Origin: Eledone cirrhosa | Taxonomy: Eukaryota | DNA length: 64,000 nt | NCBI GenBank assembly: GCA_964016885.1 | Contig: OZ024759.1 | Location: 20,398,001 to 20,462,000, forward strand | Reading direction: 5' to 3' | In this document: in pieces, positions 14,443 to 26,841 of the stretch | Numbering within the stretch: the first letter of the stretch is position 1 | Layout: each line of letters begins with the position of its first letter | Notes under the pieces: model-generated | Databases searched by the model: none | Told to the model about the DNA's origin: nothing | The model's input: only the letters and a program-made list of their open reading frames with translations | Made by a program: the position numbers and the translations under genes

Positions 14443-15036
14443 TAAAGTGGTTAGCATTGGGAAGAGTCTCCAGCTGTAGAAACCATGCCAAAATATGGAC
14501 TGTATAGGCAAGATGTGGTTCCTTGACTCATCATTTCAAACAATAACTAACCATTCAACCCAGGAAAACAGCTGTAAAGTAATGACAGATGATGATGGTG
14601 GTGGTGGTGAGGAGGAGGCTGAAAATGATGACAGTAATGTAGTTGATGGTGGTGATGAGGATGATAATTATTAGAATGATGATGATGATGATGATGATGC
14701 GAATGATGAAGATGGTGATGATGATTAGGATGAGAGGGGGACTGATGATAGGGATGATGATGATGGTGATGATGATGAAGGTGAGGATGATGATGATGAT
14801 GATAGTAATGATGATAATGAAAATAATAATGATGATGATGATGGTAATGAAAATAATAATGAAAATAATGATGAAGATGATGATGAAGATGATGATGATG
14901 ATGATAATGAAGATAATGATGAAAGAGATTATAATGATGAGGATGTTTGAAATTATTCTTGAAATCGGAAGATGTTGAAGAATATAAATAGAATATTCTA
15001 GAAAACAGTTAACAAGACAAGAAAACAATAATAAAG

Positions 15037-15106
<70 letters not shown>

Positions 15107-15196
15107 ACAATTTGATTGACTGAATTCAACAACACAATATTTATGAATAAATTGATAAATATTTTGATTAAATAAATAAATAAATAAATATATATT

Positions 15197-15230
<34 letters not shown>

Positions 15231-15620
15231 TGTATACATATGTATATACATATGTATGTGTTTTTTGTTCTACATTATAATTAATTGTATACATTATTAA
15301 AATAATTTATATACATACACACACATATATATTTTGCGTGCACACACACGTGTATCATTTTGAAATGAGAATCTTTTGTTGTAATCCAGGATGTTTCTAA
15401 TATAATTGTCTTGGTAATCAAATAGAAACATAATTTTGTACGTGCCTACCTAATTACCTGTGAACCTACCTACCTACCTACCTACCTACCTACCTACCTA
15501 CCTACCTACCTACCTACCTACCTACCTACCTACCTACCTACCTACCTATCTTGCTGTCTATCTAATTACCTGTGATTCTATCTACCTACCTATGTATCTA
15601 TCTATCTAACTACCTATCTC

Positions 15621-16102
15621 TTTCAAAAATGGAGAGGCGGTTTTCCTTTGTGTGATAGCTATGGCGCAAGAGAATTGTATGGTGGACAAGGTTGAAAGGG
15701 CTGAGGTCAGACACCTTTCTCTCCGGCCAACAACTGATTCTTTTTTTCAAATACCACTTTGGAAGAAGAATCAGGATGGAGAGAGAGGTGCTGTACCCCA
15801 GCAAGTTTTATGAAAGGTGGGTGAAAGTGGCGAGAATGGCCCGAGTGAATGGGCTTTCTCTCTATATCAGCCTGTAGGTTGAGGGAAAGGAGTACAAACT
15901 CTTCGTACTCCTGGAGATGAGGGTTGCACATTTTTTCGGGGGTATGTGTTACCCATATGAACTGTCTCCCCCTATTGGGGAAAATCGACTAATTTTTTAA
16001 ATTGCATTTGTGATAACATTTTACACGTTTTTATTGTATGTAAACTTCCCCCTTTGTATTTGTCCCTTTCTTTTGTGCCCCTGTGGCTAATAAAGAAACA
16101 TA
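15621..16102 (+). pseudogene. L1/Tx1-like LINE 3' remnant (ORF2 C-terminus + 3' UTR)
   Basis: ...AVFLCVIAMAQE/IVWWTRLKGLRSDTFLSGQQLILFFKYHFGRRIRMEREVLYPSKFYERW...* followed by a 3' UTR ending gcccctgtggctaataaagaaa. The clade call comes from recalled similarity. Confidence 0.55.
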
Positions 16103-16611
16103 TATTTATCTATGTATTTGTTTAGCTACCTACCCACCTATTCTATCTGTATACCTAATTACCTGTGAATCTACCTACCTGCCCATCTATCTATCTATCT
16201 ATTTATTTATTAGTTCTATTTTTATACGCTTGTATGTAAACTCCCCACTTTGTATTTGTCTCCATCTTTTGTGCCCCTGTGGCAAATAAAGAAATATATC
16301 TATCAAATTATCTATGAATCGACCTACCTATATACCTACCTATACATCTATTTTTTCACCCACCTAATTATCCACTTTTTAATCTAAACTATTGATCTAT
16401 CTGTCGCTCTAAACCTATCCAATTTTCTACCTATATACCCACCTATCTTATCTCTCTCTCTCTCTATCTCTATCTCTATCTCTCTCTCTCTATCTCTCTC
16501 TCTCTCTCTCTATCTACATCTATGTGCACCTTCCTATCTACATACATACTGAAACCCGTCCGTCTGTCTGTCCAAACTAACATAGGTTATTTTTTTTAAA
16601 TTATCATTACT

Positions 16612-17212
16612 GTTGATTGGCAGTATAACATGTGACAACATATGACATAGTTACGATTCTTTGCGTTTGAATTTCAAATCCCACCAAGGTTAACTTTGCC
16701 TTTCATCCTTAGGAGGTCGATAAAATAAAGTACCAGTAATGCACTGGAGTTGATTTAATCGACTTTTTCCTCCCTCCCTCCCTCCCTCTTGAATTGTTAG
16801 CCTAAATCAGCAACTGTTGCTATTATTATTAAAACAGTGGATTGGCAGTATCCGTAGAGCATTAGACACCGTTTTGAAACATAGAGTTACGGCCCTGTAC
16901 GATCTGAGATCAAATCGTGCTGAGGTTAAAAACTTTGCCTTTCATCCTTACGGGGTCGATAAAATAAAGTACCAGTAATACACTGGGTCATTGCTGGCCT
17001 TGTGCCTAACGTAGAAACAATTATTAAAATGCTTTGAAGCATTTAGTTATGGCCATTTATGTTCTGGGTTCAAACCTTGCTAAGGGCAACTTTGCCTTTC
17101 ATCCTTCTGGGTTTGATGAAATAAAGTACCAGTAATGCAGTGGGGTCGATTTAATTGACTTTTCTCTTCCCTTCAAAATTGCAGGCCTTGTGCCAATGTT
17201 GAAATAATTGTT
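16612..17212 (+). mobile_element. Three tandem SINE copies
   Basis: The central 'aactttgcctttcatcctt...gataaaataaagtaccag' block recurs at ~16692, ~16931 and ~17088. Confidence 0.8.
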
Positions 17213-18350
17213 CTTGGTAGACTGACTGAATCAAGAAAATAACTCAAGGTGCGTGCGTGCGTGTGTGTGTGCTTGTGTGTGTGTGTGCTTGTGTGTGCTT
17301 GTGCACGCGTGTGTGTGTTTGTGTGTGTTTGTCTGCCAATTTTGTTGTTGTTGAAATTGTTAGTTTTATTGTTATTCTAGTAGTAGTAGTTGTTGTTGTT
17401 GTTGTTTTCTGTTGTTGTCATCAGTGTTGTCATCATCATTGCATTGTCATTTGCATCTGTACTATTGTTGCTGTTTGTATTTTGGCTCGAATCTTTGTTG
17501 TTATTGCTGCTGCTGTTATTGCTGCTGTTGTTATTGTTGCTGCTGTTGTTGTTATTGCTGCTGCTGCTGCTGTTGTGCTGTTGTTATTGCTGCTGCTGCT
17601 GTTGTTGTTATTGCGGTTGTTATTGCTGCTGTTGTTGTTGTTATTGCTGCTGCTGTTTTTGTGCTGTTGTTATTGCTGCTGCTGTTGTTGTTATTGCTGC
17701 TGCTGTTGTTGTTATTGCTGCTGCTGTTGTTGTTATTGCTGCTGCTGTTGTTGTGCTTGCTGCTGTTGATATTGTTATTGTTGTTGTTATTGCTGCTGCT
17801 GATGTTGTTGTTGTGACTGCTGCTGTTGTTGTTGAAATTTGCCAAATTAACTTTAAATCTAACCAAGCAAGCAAAAAAATTGCATTCTATATCATCCTTT
17901 CATCTGCCTCTTTTATTTCTTGCCTTCTTTCTTTCTTTCTTGCCTTCTTTCTTTCTTTCTCCTTTTCTTCCTTCTGTTTGTTTTTCTTTCTATCTTTATT
18001 TCTTCCTTCCTATCTTCACTTCTGTAATTATTAATTAATATATTTATTTCATTCGTTATTACTTTATTAATTTGTTTTTTATTTTCTCATTTGTTTCTTT
18101 CACTTGTTCGGTTTTTTTCTTCTTTCCCTTATTGCTTCTATCTGCTTATCTGTCACTCTCTCTATCTGTCTATATGTCCGTCTGTATATCTATCTATCTA
18201 TCTATCTATCTATCTGCTTACCTGTACCTATCTATATCTACCTGTCTATCTATCCATGTGCCTCGTCCCCTTTTCTTGTGTGCCCTTGTGGCAAATAAAG
18301 AAATCTATTTATCCATGTGCCTATCTAGTTATCTACCTATCTATCTATCT

Positions 18351-18628
18351 ATGGGCCTTCTCTGTATATAAACCTGTAGGTTGAGGAAGGTAAACAGAGG
18401 GAACACGGGGACACCTACAAAACGTGTTCCTGGTGTTGAGGGTTGTTCTATCCACGGGGTGTAAAACAACCCTGCAGTAACGTTCCCCCCTACTGGGGAT
18501 TTCAATTGTTATTTTATTATATATAGTTTATTGTTATTTATTAATGTTAAAGTTATTTTTATGTAAAAGCCCCGCTGTCACGTCTTGTAATGTCCCCTTT
18601 TTGTACACCCCTGTGGCAAATAAAGATA
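18351..18628 (+). mobile_element. Shorter 5'-truncated copy of the same LINE
   Basis: Starts atgggccttctctgtatataaacctgtag (matching the ORF end near 15850-15877) and ends cccctgtggcaaataaaga. Further 3'-end copies lie at ~16230-16295, 18265-18303 and 45278-45342. Confidence 0.6.
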
Positions 18629-18710
18629 TCTATCTACCTATCTAGATTTTTATATATATATATATCTGCTTATCTCTCTCTCCATTCATTTGCCTATCCA
18701 CCTATCTATC

Positions 18711-18743
<33 letters not shown>

Positions 18744-20518
18744 TTGACTCTTTATCTTTATATATATATCTACTTTATATATATATATATAACTATGTGC
18801 TTGTCTCTATCTATATCTCTCTCTCTACATCTATCTCTCTATCCATCTACCTGCTTAAACACACATTTTTTTCTATCTTTTGTTCATTGTCATTCTTTAT
18901 TATTTTTATCCATTTATTTATTTTATTTTATATTTATCTGTTCGGTTCATTGGTTTCTGTCTTATTTTTCTCTCTCATCTCTCTCTCTCTCTCTCTCTCT
19001 CCTTGCTCATTTCTCTCTCTTCTCTCTCTCATCTCTATCTCATCTCTCTCTCTCCACGTTATTTTTCTCTCTCTCATCTCTCATCTCATCTCTCTCTCTC
19101 TCTCTCTCTCTCTTTTTCTCTCTCTCTTTCTCTCTCTCTCATCTCTCTCTATCTCTCTTCTCTCTCTCTTCTCTCTCTCATCTCTCTCTCATCTCTCTCT
19201 CATCTCTCTCTCTCCACGCTATTTTTCTCTCTCATCTTTATCTCATCTCTCTCTCTCCATCACTCTTTCTCTCTCCATCACTCTCTCTCATCACTCACTC
19301 TCTGATCACTCTCTCATGACTCTCTCCCTCTCTCCCATCTCCCTCATTCCACCTCAGAAAACAACAAAACCACCACCATCACCGCCAATTCCACCACCCT
19401 CACCGCCAACACCAGTACCACCACCACCCTCACAACCGACACCAGTACCACCACCATCATCACAACAACCATCACCACCAAGACCATTCACCACCACCAC
19501 TACCCTCACCACCACCACCCTCACCAGTACCATCCTCACCGACACCTTCACCACCACCGACACCTTCACCGACACCTTCACCACCACCGACACCTTCACC
19601 GACACCGACACCTTCACCGACACCTTCACCACTACCGACACCACCACCGACACCAGTACCACCGCCACCACCCCACATCACCACAACCACCCCACCATAA
19701 CCACCCCTACCATCACAACCACCCCTACCACCACCACCCTCACCGCCCCTACCCCACCCCACCCCCATCCCCACCTCACCACAACCACCCCTACCACCAC
19801 AACCGTCCCTACCACCACCATACCTTTCAATTTACCTTCACTTCGTTAATTCAGCTATCACATCCTTTCATGTTGCTTTCTTTATCATGTTTTCACCATC
19901 TTTTTTATCCCTTCTTTTCCCCCTTCTTTTAAATTTAAAACAACAACAACAACAACACCTACAACAGCAACAACACCTACAACAGCAACATCAACAATTA
20001 TTACAACAACAACAACTACATCAACTATTAGCAACAATAACAGCAAAAACAAAACCAAAAATTTCAAAGCGGTACAACACAGCTACAACAACAAAGCAAC
20101 AACAACGAAGCTACAACAACAACAACAACGAAGCTACAACAACAACAACAACAACAACGGTGTGAAACAATAAAAAGAAAGCCTAGTAATACAATTCAGG
20201 ACAAACAACTGATTTAAATAGTTTTTAAAAGATGGTCTCCCTTTTGAATACATCATTGACTTCACATAATTCCTTGTACTGTGTGTTTGAAGGGTGATGA
20301 CACATACACATACATATATATGCACACATGCACACACATACACACACATATGCACACACACGCATACATATATATAGACATACACATAGGTACACATATA
20401 TTTACACATATATTTACACATATATTTACACATATATTTACACATATATATATCGTTGACTGCACATCATTCCTTGTGGTGTCTGTTTGAAGGGTGATGA
20501 CACATACGCATCTACACG

Positions 20519-20568
<50 letters not shown>

Positions 20569-21204
20569 TAGACATGTACACACACATACATGTACATACA
20601 TGCACATATATATAGACATACACATATATATATACACATACACATATATAGAGAGAGGTATATATATAGACAGGTACACATATATATTTATATATACACA
20701 TATACACACATATATATAGACTGGTACACATATATATTTATATATACACATACACAAACATATATACACACACACACACACACATATATACACACACACA
20801 CATATAGAGACATACACATATATATATATCTATACACACACACATACATACATATAGAGAGACATACACAGACACACATGTATATTGTTGACTACACAGT
20901 TCCTTGTACTTGTGTTGGGGAGTGATGACACATCACATATATGTATATAAACAGATAGCTACACAAACACACACATGCATATACTCATACACATACATAT
21001 ACTCACACACATACATATATACACTCACAAACATACATATATACACTCACAAACATACATATATACACAGATACATATTGTTGACTTCACATAATTCTTG
21101 TACTGTGTTGGGGAGAGATGACATACATATATATACATGTACACACACACACACACACATACAGATAGATACACACATATGCTAGGTCAGGTGACTATAC
21201 TTTG

Positions 21205-21258
<54 letters not shown>

Positions 21259-21342
21259 AAAATTGAATGGGAACAAAACAGAGAGGCAGTACAAACAAAG
21301 GTTTATTAATTTCACGCTCTTGAGAGTGGGGTGGTGGTGGGG

Positions 21343-21380
21343 AACGACGTTTCGGGCATAAGCCCTTCTTCAGGTGAAAA
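21343..21380 (-). ncRNA. Minimal hammerhead motif of Penelope-pLTR type
   Basis: Minus strand: cac-CUGAAGA-agggc(uuau)gccc-GAAAC-GUC, then AATAAA (~21302-21307) and (TA)n. Stem I is only ~2 bp. Confidence 0.6.
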
Positions 21381-21719
21381 GTGTGTGGGAAGAGATATAT
21401 ATATATATATATACACATACATATGCACACAATGTTCAGATTTAGTGATCTTAGTAGTTTACAAGGTGAGTGGAACCACATATTGGTATTAGTCTGGGAG
21501 GTCAGTACTCACTTGGTCTATATAGACCTTGCTAGCAGGGAAAGCAGATGTTAAAATAATTGTTTCTACTTTTGGCACGAGGCCAGCAATTACCCAGTGT
21601 ATTACTGGTACTTTATTTTATCAACCCCCCGTAAGGATGAAAGGCAATGATGATATTGATGAGATAAAGTTCTGATCATATGCCCTGCAGTTTCAGTTTC
21701 TCTCTCAATCAAGACAACA

Positions 21720-22216
21720 ATCTTTACCACAGGACACATGGTCACATCTTTACCACAGGACACACGATCACATCTTTACCACAGGACACACGATCACATC
21801 TTTACCACAGGACACACGGTCACATCTTTACCACAGGACACACGGTCACATCTTTACCACAGGACACACGGTCACATCTTTACCACAGGACACACGGTCA
21901 TATCTTTACCACAGGACACACGGTCACATCTTTACCACAGGACACACGGTCACATCTTTACCACAGGACACACGGTCACATCTTTACCACAGGACACACG
22001 GTCACATCTTTACCACAGGACACACGGTCACATCTTTACCACAGGACACATGGTCACATCTTTACCACAGGACACATGGTCGCATCTTTACCACAGGACA
22101 CATGGTCGCATCTTTACCACAGGACACATCTTTACCACAGGACACACGGTCACATCTTTACCACAGGACACACGGTCACATCTTTACCACAGGACACATG
22201 GTCACATCTTTACCAC
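21720..22216. repeat. 26-bp minisatellite (catctttaccacaggacacacggtca), ~19 units
   Basis: Direct inspection. The ORF track shows a 26-aa periodicity (3 x 26 nt). Confidence 0.95.
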
Positions 22217-22725
22217 ATCAATATACCCCACTCTGTATCTTGTTGTGATTCAAGTAATACATTAATTTAAGGTCTTCCCAGTCTTCCCGATAGGTCGAAC
22301 ATGTTTTCCTTTTTCTAATATAAAGCGTGAAACTAAGACTTTTGTACTTCTGTTTGTCTCCTTGAACTATATATATATATTAGTCCTATACGAGCGAGAC
22401 ACGGTCACCCGACCAATCTTGCCTCAGGTGGGACAATTCCCGTCTAACCCATGCTAGCGTGAAAGATAGTTGTTAAACAATGATGATGATATATATATAT
22501 ATATATGAAGAATTCGGGACCCCTAGAATGATAAAACCCACCTCTAACACCAAGATATCCAAGAACACCAACGGTTCTTGGAGTCCCGAATCCTTCATAC
22601 TACCCAGTCTACTACCCCAAGTTTGGAGTACTCTGGTGAGTAATGGTCTAACTGGTTTTTACTGCATCCATTCTGATATATCACAGAACAAAGAGAATCA
22701 GTGTTGCGACGAAAGGAATTTACTG

Positions 22726-22820
22726 GACATATTACAATTGTTTCTCGGGCGACCAGCTCGAGGCACGATCGATATGGTGATCAAACATGACTCTGAAATC
22801 GCACAGTCGTCGGATACGTC
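22726..22820 (-). ncRNA. Hammerhead-like motif, homologue of 23522-23613, core CCGACGA
   Basis: Minus strand: gacguau-CCGACGA-...ccucgagcug...-GAAA-caauug-UA-auauguc. Stem I is 7 bp and stem III is palindromic ACAAUUGU. It shares 'cagctcgagg' and 'tgactctg' blocks with the 23.5-kb copy. Confidence 0.6.
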
Positions 22821-23521
22821 TTGATTCTACGAAGCAGATTTTCCTTTCATCGCAACACTGATTCTTCTCTTTTTTCGGTGATATCATACTCTGCTCTACG
22901 AGGGCATTGAGTGCTCATACGGCCTACCGCATACGGATGCTTTAAGCATTCAACACCAATTATATATATATATAGTCTGTTGTGCTGAGACCAGGGAGAC
23001 CACTAATCATGGGAGTACTCAATGTATGAGGACATGAAGAGTTGTTGTAGAGATGGGTATGAACCCAACCATGACAGCATATATATATATATATATTTTT
23101 TTTTTTTTCTCTCCAAAATGGCTGACCGAATACACGTGTTTTTCCTCAAATTTTTTTTCTTATCCTTCTTCTCACTCTCTGTTTTATCTTTTATTTCTCA
23201 TTCTATCTTCTGATGAAAGACTAATGTCCAAAAAATCAACTCTTTTCTTTGTATATCAAGCGTTAAACTAATATATTCATTGTACTGTGTCATTCGCTTT
23301 GTTGTTTCTGTTTACTTTTCACATACACACATATACATACATACACACAAAGAAATACCCGAGTGTTATTGACGGATGTGAGATTGAGTACTCAATACCG
23401 AAGTAGAGTCTATTCTTTTATTACGTCTAATTGGTTTGGTCTTGCAACTCGGGAGTATGACCTGTGTACTCAGAGGATCAGCAGACAAGATAAATATATA
23501 TATTCTTGGACTGACAATATT

Positions 23522-23613
23522 ACATATTACACATGTTTCACTGTTGATCAGCTCGAGGAATGATCTATTAATGATTGAACCTGACTCTGGAAACGGAAGT
23601 TCCTCAGATATGC
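23522..23613 (-). ncRNA. Type I hammerhead ribozyme with long stem II domain
   Basis: Minus strand: gcauau-CUGAGGA-acu...agu-GAAA-caugug-UA-auaugu. The inverted copy on + has the palindromic stem III ACATATGT (~23724-23731). Confidence 0.7.
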
Positions 23614-23779
23614 TTTAACATGTAGACTCCAGACGCGAGTCTCCATGTAAAACACATGAGGCGCTTCCAATTAAGTCAGGTTTGATCATTAATAGACCGT
23701 TCCTCGAGCTGATTGACAGTGAAACATATGTAATATGTAATTAAATATGTATATGATGCAACACTGATTCTTTGTTCCC

Positions 23780-23780
<1 letters not shown>

Positions 23781-23814
<34 letters not shown>

Positions 23815-23908
23815 ACGTCCGTTTTTCCCTGCTTGCAAGGGTTGGACAGGTCCTATTCAGCACAGCATCTCTCCACTTGTCATGGTCCTTCATCATCTCC
23901 TCGGTGTA
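23781..23908 (-). mobile_element. RTE LINE extreme 3' end
   Basis: [30 protein letters not shown] followed by (ATG)n. The same tail occurs alone at ~927-970 (-), 12181-12220, 21527-21555 and 59057-59095. Confidence 0.6.
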
Positions 23909-23962
23909 AGGAAAAGAAATTGAAAATGCAACGGGAGTCTTTTTAAGAATATTCATTTATTT

Positions 23963-23999
23963 CCTTTACTGGTTTCACAGTTCTTATGCTTTTCAAAAG
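23963..23999 (-). ncRNA. Degenerate hammerhead motif
   Basis: Minus strand: cuu-UUGAAAA-gca...ugu-GAAA-ccag-UA-aag, followed by AATAAA. Confidence 0.35.
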
Positions 24000-24297
24000 T
24001 AGAATTGAGATGGAGGGTGTTTGGTTTTTCTCGCATATATTCAAAACAAGGGATGCTTAGGACAACAAAGGAAAGACAGACAGTCCCAACTCCTCAGTCA
24101 ACTGATGTACATCCCTAAGGTTTCTGTGTATTAAAGTTGATACCATTCATTCTAGTGTTCATTGGGATATATATATATAAATAAAGAAGAAATTAAAAGA
24201 TGGTTAAAAAACTTCCATATATTTTATTATGCGCATTTCGCAAACATCATCCTGGGACAAAAATTGTGTTCTCATCAAATACCTTATCATGTTACCT

Positions 24298-24367
24298 TAT
24301 TTTATCTGATGAGAACACAATTTTTGTCCCAGGATGATGTTGTTTTCGAAATGCGCATAATAAAATA
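24298..24367 (+). ncRNA. Type I hammerhead ribozyme with palindromic stem III
   Basis: tattttat-CTGATGA(24306-24312)-gaa...ttc-GAAA(24348-24351)-tgcgca-TA-ataaaata. Stem I is 8 bp and stem III is the self-complementary ATGCGCAT. Confidence 0.82.
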
Positions 24368-25003
24368 TATGGAACTTTTTTAACCATCTTTTAATTTCTT
24401 TATTTATACTCCAGTTCTACCAACTGTTGAGTGCTACTTATCTGATATATGCATAGTTTTATTGTTCTACAATATTACTCACATCCTATATATATTGTGT
24501 TTTTCCCTTCTCATACTTGCTTATATTTTTTTATATATTCTCTATATATTTTTTATATATATATTTTTTTATCTTTATTCTTATTTTCACTCTTATCCTC
24601 CTTTATATTTTACCTTATTCTTACTTTTATACCTTATAGTGTAATCTTCCCCATGCCTTATTATACATTATTAATTATAGATTATTATTATTACTCTTAT
24701 TCCATTTCTAATTACCTCATGTACTTTCTCCTCCGTTATATATATATTGTATGCCCTTTGTGTGTGTGTAGCCTCTGCACACCCTCTGCACCCTACTATC
24801 GATGCCACCCCATCTATGGCTCAACTAACCACTCGACTCCCGGGAATGAATATGACCACAGCTAGTAAACAAGGACCCACACCCCACCCTCCCGCACCAA
24901 AATTAGACTTATCGTCCCCTACTTTTGCTCTTTACTCTCTTTACTCTTTGTTCTTGAATGTTTGGTTGGTAGAGTCCATAACACCAATCAAACCCCTTTT
25001 ATA

Positions 25004-25048
25004 GCTCTGAAGAATCCTACGGTTACGTAAGGAAGAAACATTGTAAGC
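25004..25048 (+). ncRNA. Minimal type I hammerhead ribozyme
   Basis: gct-CTGAAGA(25007-25013)-a tcct acg(gtta)cgt a agga a-GAAA-cattg-TA-agc, followed by AATAAA (25050-25055) and (TA)n. Confidence 0.7.
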
Positions 25049-25113
25049 CAATAAAAATCTTTTGATGTTGTAGACGCTCTTGTGTTCTTTATCATATATA
25101 TATATATATATAT

Positions 25114-25335
25114 ATATTTATTAAAATAACAGATTAAAGTTTAAGCAAAGAATCGCTGCTTTCACCCTTAACGGGATCTTCTGAAGATCCCGTTAAGGGT
25201 GAAAGCAGCGATTCTTTGCTTAAACTTTAATCTGTTATTTTAATAAATATTTGCTCTACGGTTCTATATATTTGATATATATTTATCCTTATCAAGCCCT
25301 CTTTGGATTTTAGTCTTCAAATTTATTATTATTAC
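25114..25335. mobile_element. Perfect 137-bp palindrome plus tail, CAGAAGA family
   Basis: 68-bp perfect arms centred on T25182. The tail 'gccctctttggattttagtcttca' is shared with ~46505-46531 and ~63975-64000. Confidence 0.75.
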
Positions 25336-25739
25336 TATATATATATATATATATATGATGATGATATATATATTGAAGAAAAGACATATATCATAAGAGT
25401 AGAAGCAGAAGAGAAAGAACTATAATATATTAGATGCCAATAGCTGAAGCGAAGTGTGCTCAATGCTTAGAGATGCAATGTTAAATATTATAGTATATTT
25501 AATGATATATATATATATATATATATATATCAAATGGAGTTAAAGACTCACATTAATTTAATGGGCTGAAGGAATAGATTCTGGGCCCTTTATAAATCAC
25601 CATATAGAGAGAAGTACACATAGAGATATGTGTTCAATCATAGGGGATAGAAAACTATCAGGATGATAAACATATCGTCTACGAAAGGAATGGTGAATAC
25701 AAATCAATTAAAAGAATAAATTAAAATGTATTAACCATC

Positions 25740-25816
<77 letters not shown>

Positions 25817-26841
25817 TTATGGGTTTGTGCAATAAACTCACGAAACATGCACTGAATTATATAGTTATATACTGTTTATAGAGATAAAATATTTATTGAT
25901 AATGATGACTTTATACTTTGATGTTCCATTACCAAACCTGATGGCTCTTTCAACAATAACAACCATTGCAAGAACCACCACCACCACCACCACCACCACC
26001 ACAACAACAACAACCATCGTCATTATCACCATCATCATCGTTCCATCATTACCATCATCATCATCGTCACCATTTCCACCAGCACCACTATAACACTACC
26101 ATCACTACCACCACCACCATCATCACCACCAACACCACTATTACAACATAACTACCACTACCAGAACATGATCACCACCAACACCACCACCATTACACCA
26201 TCACCCCCACCAACACCAACACTATTACACCAACACCCCAACAACAACAACCACCACCACCACAACAACCATCGTCATTATCACCATCATCATCGTTCCA
26301 TCATTACCACCATCATCATCATCATCGTCACCATTTCCACCAGCACCACTATAACACTACCATCACCACCACCACCATAACACTACCATCACCACCACCA
26401 CCATAACACTACCATCACCACCACCACCATAACACTACCATCACCACCACCACCATAACACTACAATCACCACCACCATCACCACCACCAACACCACTAT
26501 TACAACAAAACAACTACCCCTACCATAACATCATCACCACCAACACCACCACCATTACACCCCCACCCCCCAGCAACAACACCAACATCACCTATATCTA
26601 GAGATCAGGCTTGATTGAAACAGTTTGAAGACCAAAAAAAAAAAAAAAAAAACATTAAATATGTCCTCCCAACTTACACCCAATATGTCTTCCATTAACC
26701 TAGATTACTCCACCCACAATCTCCTGGGGATCTTCCCTGTGCTGTAGGGGTGGGGCAGTGGTGGTTACGCTGGTGGAGTAGTGGTGGTGGTGGTGAGGTT
26801 TCAATAATGATGCCGATGATAGTGGCAATGGATTTAATAAT

